NCBI GenBank assembly: GCA_964461555.1
Contig: CAYWZF010000005.1
Span: forward strand, 930 to 64,929
Direction: 5' to 3'
Length of the DNA stretch: 64,000 nt
DNA from: an uncultured Robiginitalea sp.
GTDB taxonomy: Bacteria > Bacteroidota > Bacteroidia > Flavobacteriales > Flavobacteriaceae
Below, in pieces: positions 62,505 to 64,000 of the stretch. The position numbers were made by a program, and so were the translations under genes. The notes below the pieces were generated by a model. That model saw only the letters and a program-made list of their open reading frames with translations. It searched no databases and had not been told where the DNA came from. Within the stretch, counting starts at the first letter, position 1. Each line of letters starts with the position of its first letter.

Positions 62505-63110
62505 ATGGCTAGATATACAGGACCTAAAACCAAAATCGCCCGCAAATTCGGCGAGCCCATCTTCGGAGACGACAAGGCCTTCGAAAAAAAGAACTACCCT
62601 CCGGGGCAGCACGGCACCAACCGCCGCCGTGGCAAGAAATCAGAATACGCCGTGCAGCTGCAGGAAAAGCAGAAGGCCAAATACACCTACGGGATTCTCG
62701 AGCGCCAGTTCCGCAACCTTTTTGCCCAGGCTAACCGCAGCAAAGGGGTAACCGGGGAGGTATTGCTCCAGCTTTGCGAATCGCGCCTCGACAACGTCGT
62801 GTTCCGCATGGGGATCTCCCCTTCACGCCGGGGTGCCCGCCAGCTGGTTTCGCACCGCCACATCACCGTAAACGGCGAAGTGGTGAACATTCCTTCTTAC
62901 AGCCTGAAGGCAGGAGATGTGGTTGGGGTCCGCGAGAAATCCAAGTCGCTCCAGAGCATCGATGATTCCCTGTCTGCCCACAGCAATGTCTATGAGTGGA
63001 TCAGCTGGAACTCAGAGAAGAAGGAAGGCACCTTTGTGGCTGTGCCCGAACGGCTTCAGATTCCTGAGAACATCAAGGAACAACTGATCGTCGAGTTATA
63101 CTCTAAATAA
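62505..63110 (+). CDS. rpsD: 30S ribosomal protein S4
   Basis: [31 protein letters not shown]. Confidence 0.99.
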   Translation: MARYTGPKTKIARKFGEPIFGDDKAFEKKNYPPGQHGTNRRRGKKSEYAVQLQEKQKAKYTYGILERQFRNLFAQANRSKGVTGEVLLQLCESRLDNVVFRMGISPSRRGARQLVSHRHITVNGEVVNIPSYSLKAGDVVGVREKSKSLQSIDDSLSAHSNVYEWISWNSEKKEGTFVAVPERLQIPENIKEQLIVELYSK

Positions 63111-63129
63111 AAACAACACAGATCCTATT

Positions 63130-64000
63130 ATGGCATTACTAAATTTTCAGAAGCCCGACAAAGTAATCATGGTAGACTCCACCGACTTCGAGGGGAAGTT
63201 CGAATTCCGCCCCCTTGAGCCCGGTTATGGCCTTACCGTCGGGAATGCGCTGAGAAGAGTGCTGCTGGCCTCCCTCGAAGGGTATGCCATCACCTCGGTG
63301 CGTATCGATAAAGTAGAACACGAGTTCTCGGTCATAGAGGGTGTTGTGGAAGATGTGACGGAGATTATCCTCAACCTGAAGCAGGTTCGTTTCAAACGCC
63401 AGATCGACGATGTGAACGAAGAGACCGTCTCCATCTCGGTAAGCGGCAAGAACCAGCTGACTGCCGGCGATTTCCAGAAGTTCATCTCCGGTTTCCAGGT
63501 GCTGAACCCCGAGCTGGTGATCTGCAACATGGATCCGAAGGTGAGCATCAACATGGAAATCATCATCGAGAAGGGACGCGGATACGTGCCTGCCGAGGAG
63601 AACAAGAAATCCAATGCCCCCCTGGGCAGCATTGCCGTGGATTCCATCTTTACCCCGGTGCGCAATGTGAAGTACGCTATCGAAAACTACCGGGTAGAGC
63701 AGAAGACCGACTATGAGAAACTGGTCTTCGAGATTGCCACCGACGGTTCGATCCACCCGAAGGAAGCCCTTACCGAGGCTGCCAAGGTGCTGATCCACCA
63801 CTTCATGCTGTTTTCTGACGAGCGCATCACCCTTGAGGCCGATGAGATCGCCCAGACAGAAACCTACGATGAGGAGTCGCTGCACATGCGCCAGCTGCTG
63901 AAAACCAAGCTGGTTGACATGGACCTTTCGGTGCGGGCCCTGAATTGCCTGAAGGCCGCAGAGGTCGATACGCTGGGAGACCTGGTTTCCTTCAACAAGA
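63130..64000 (+). CDS. rpoA: DNA-directed RNA polymerase subunit alpha (3' end beyond the window)
   Basis: Manual translation from ATG 63130: [41 protein letters not shown]; no stop before the window end. Confidence 0.98.
   Translation, partial: MALLNFQKPDKVIMVDSTDFEGKFEFRPLEPGYGLTVGNALRRVLLASLEGYAITSVRIDKVEHEFSVIEGVVEDVTEIILNLKQVRFKRQIDDVNEETVSISVSGKNQLTAGDFQKFISGFQVLNPELVICNMDPKVSINMEIIIEKGRGYVPAEENKKSNAPLGSIAVDSIFTPVRNVKYAIENYRVEQKTDYEKLVFEIATDGSIHPKEALTEAAKVLIHHFMLFSDERITLEADEIAQTETYDEESLHMRQLLKTKLVDMDLSVRALNCLKAAEVDTLGDLVSFNK

Noticed and set aside
1..64000. CRISPR arrays, tRNA/rRNA genes, prophage, IS elements, defence systems
   Set aside because: None seen by eye; nearly all sequence is accounted for by recognisable CDS. 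A tRNAscan/cmscan run would be needed to exclude small RNAs

Overview
High-GC Bacteroidota (Flavobacteriaceae-type; Robiginitalea-like is an inference from composition and gene order) chromosomal region. 1-47 kb is densely packed housekeeping and envelope genes: SprT-like protease, manC, DUF389, mlaEF, pafA, GT2/methyltransferase/gcvP, ECF sigma with a small zinc anti-sigma, rhodanese, dcp, purKE, a fused hpt-adk gene, obgE, mpl-like ligase, radC, yjjG, DUF5723, rarA, an RND efflux operon, rhomboid, rlmB, aryl-sulfate sulfotransferase and a susC/susD/lipoprotein cluster. 47.5-64 kb is the str-S10-spc-alpha ribosomal protein superoperon (rpsL to a truncated rpoA), including rpmD and rpmJ, which the ORF track misses. 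I saw no rRNA, tRNA, CRISPR, prophage or IS element. Best candidates for something new: (1) a four-gene efflux operon whose TolC carries an N-terminal ABC-type substrate-binding domain, whose RND pump has an atypical ion-relay motif, and which ends in a translationally coupled K+ channel; (2) mutually exclusive terminator/antiterminator hairpins between rpsJ and rplC; (3) an in-frame HPRT-adenylate kinase fusion. All family calls come from motif recognition by eye; no database search was run.
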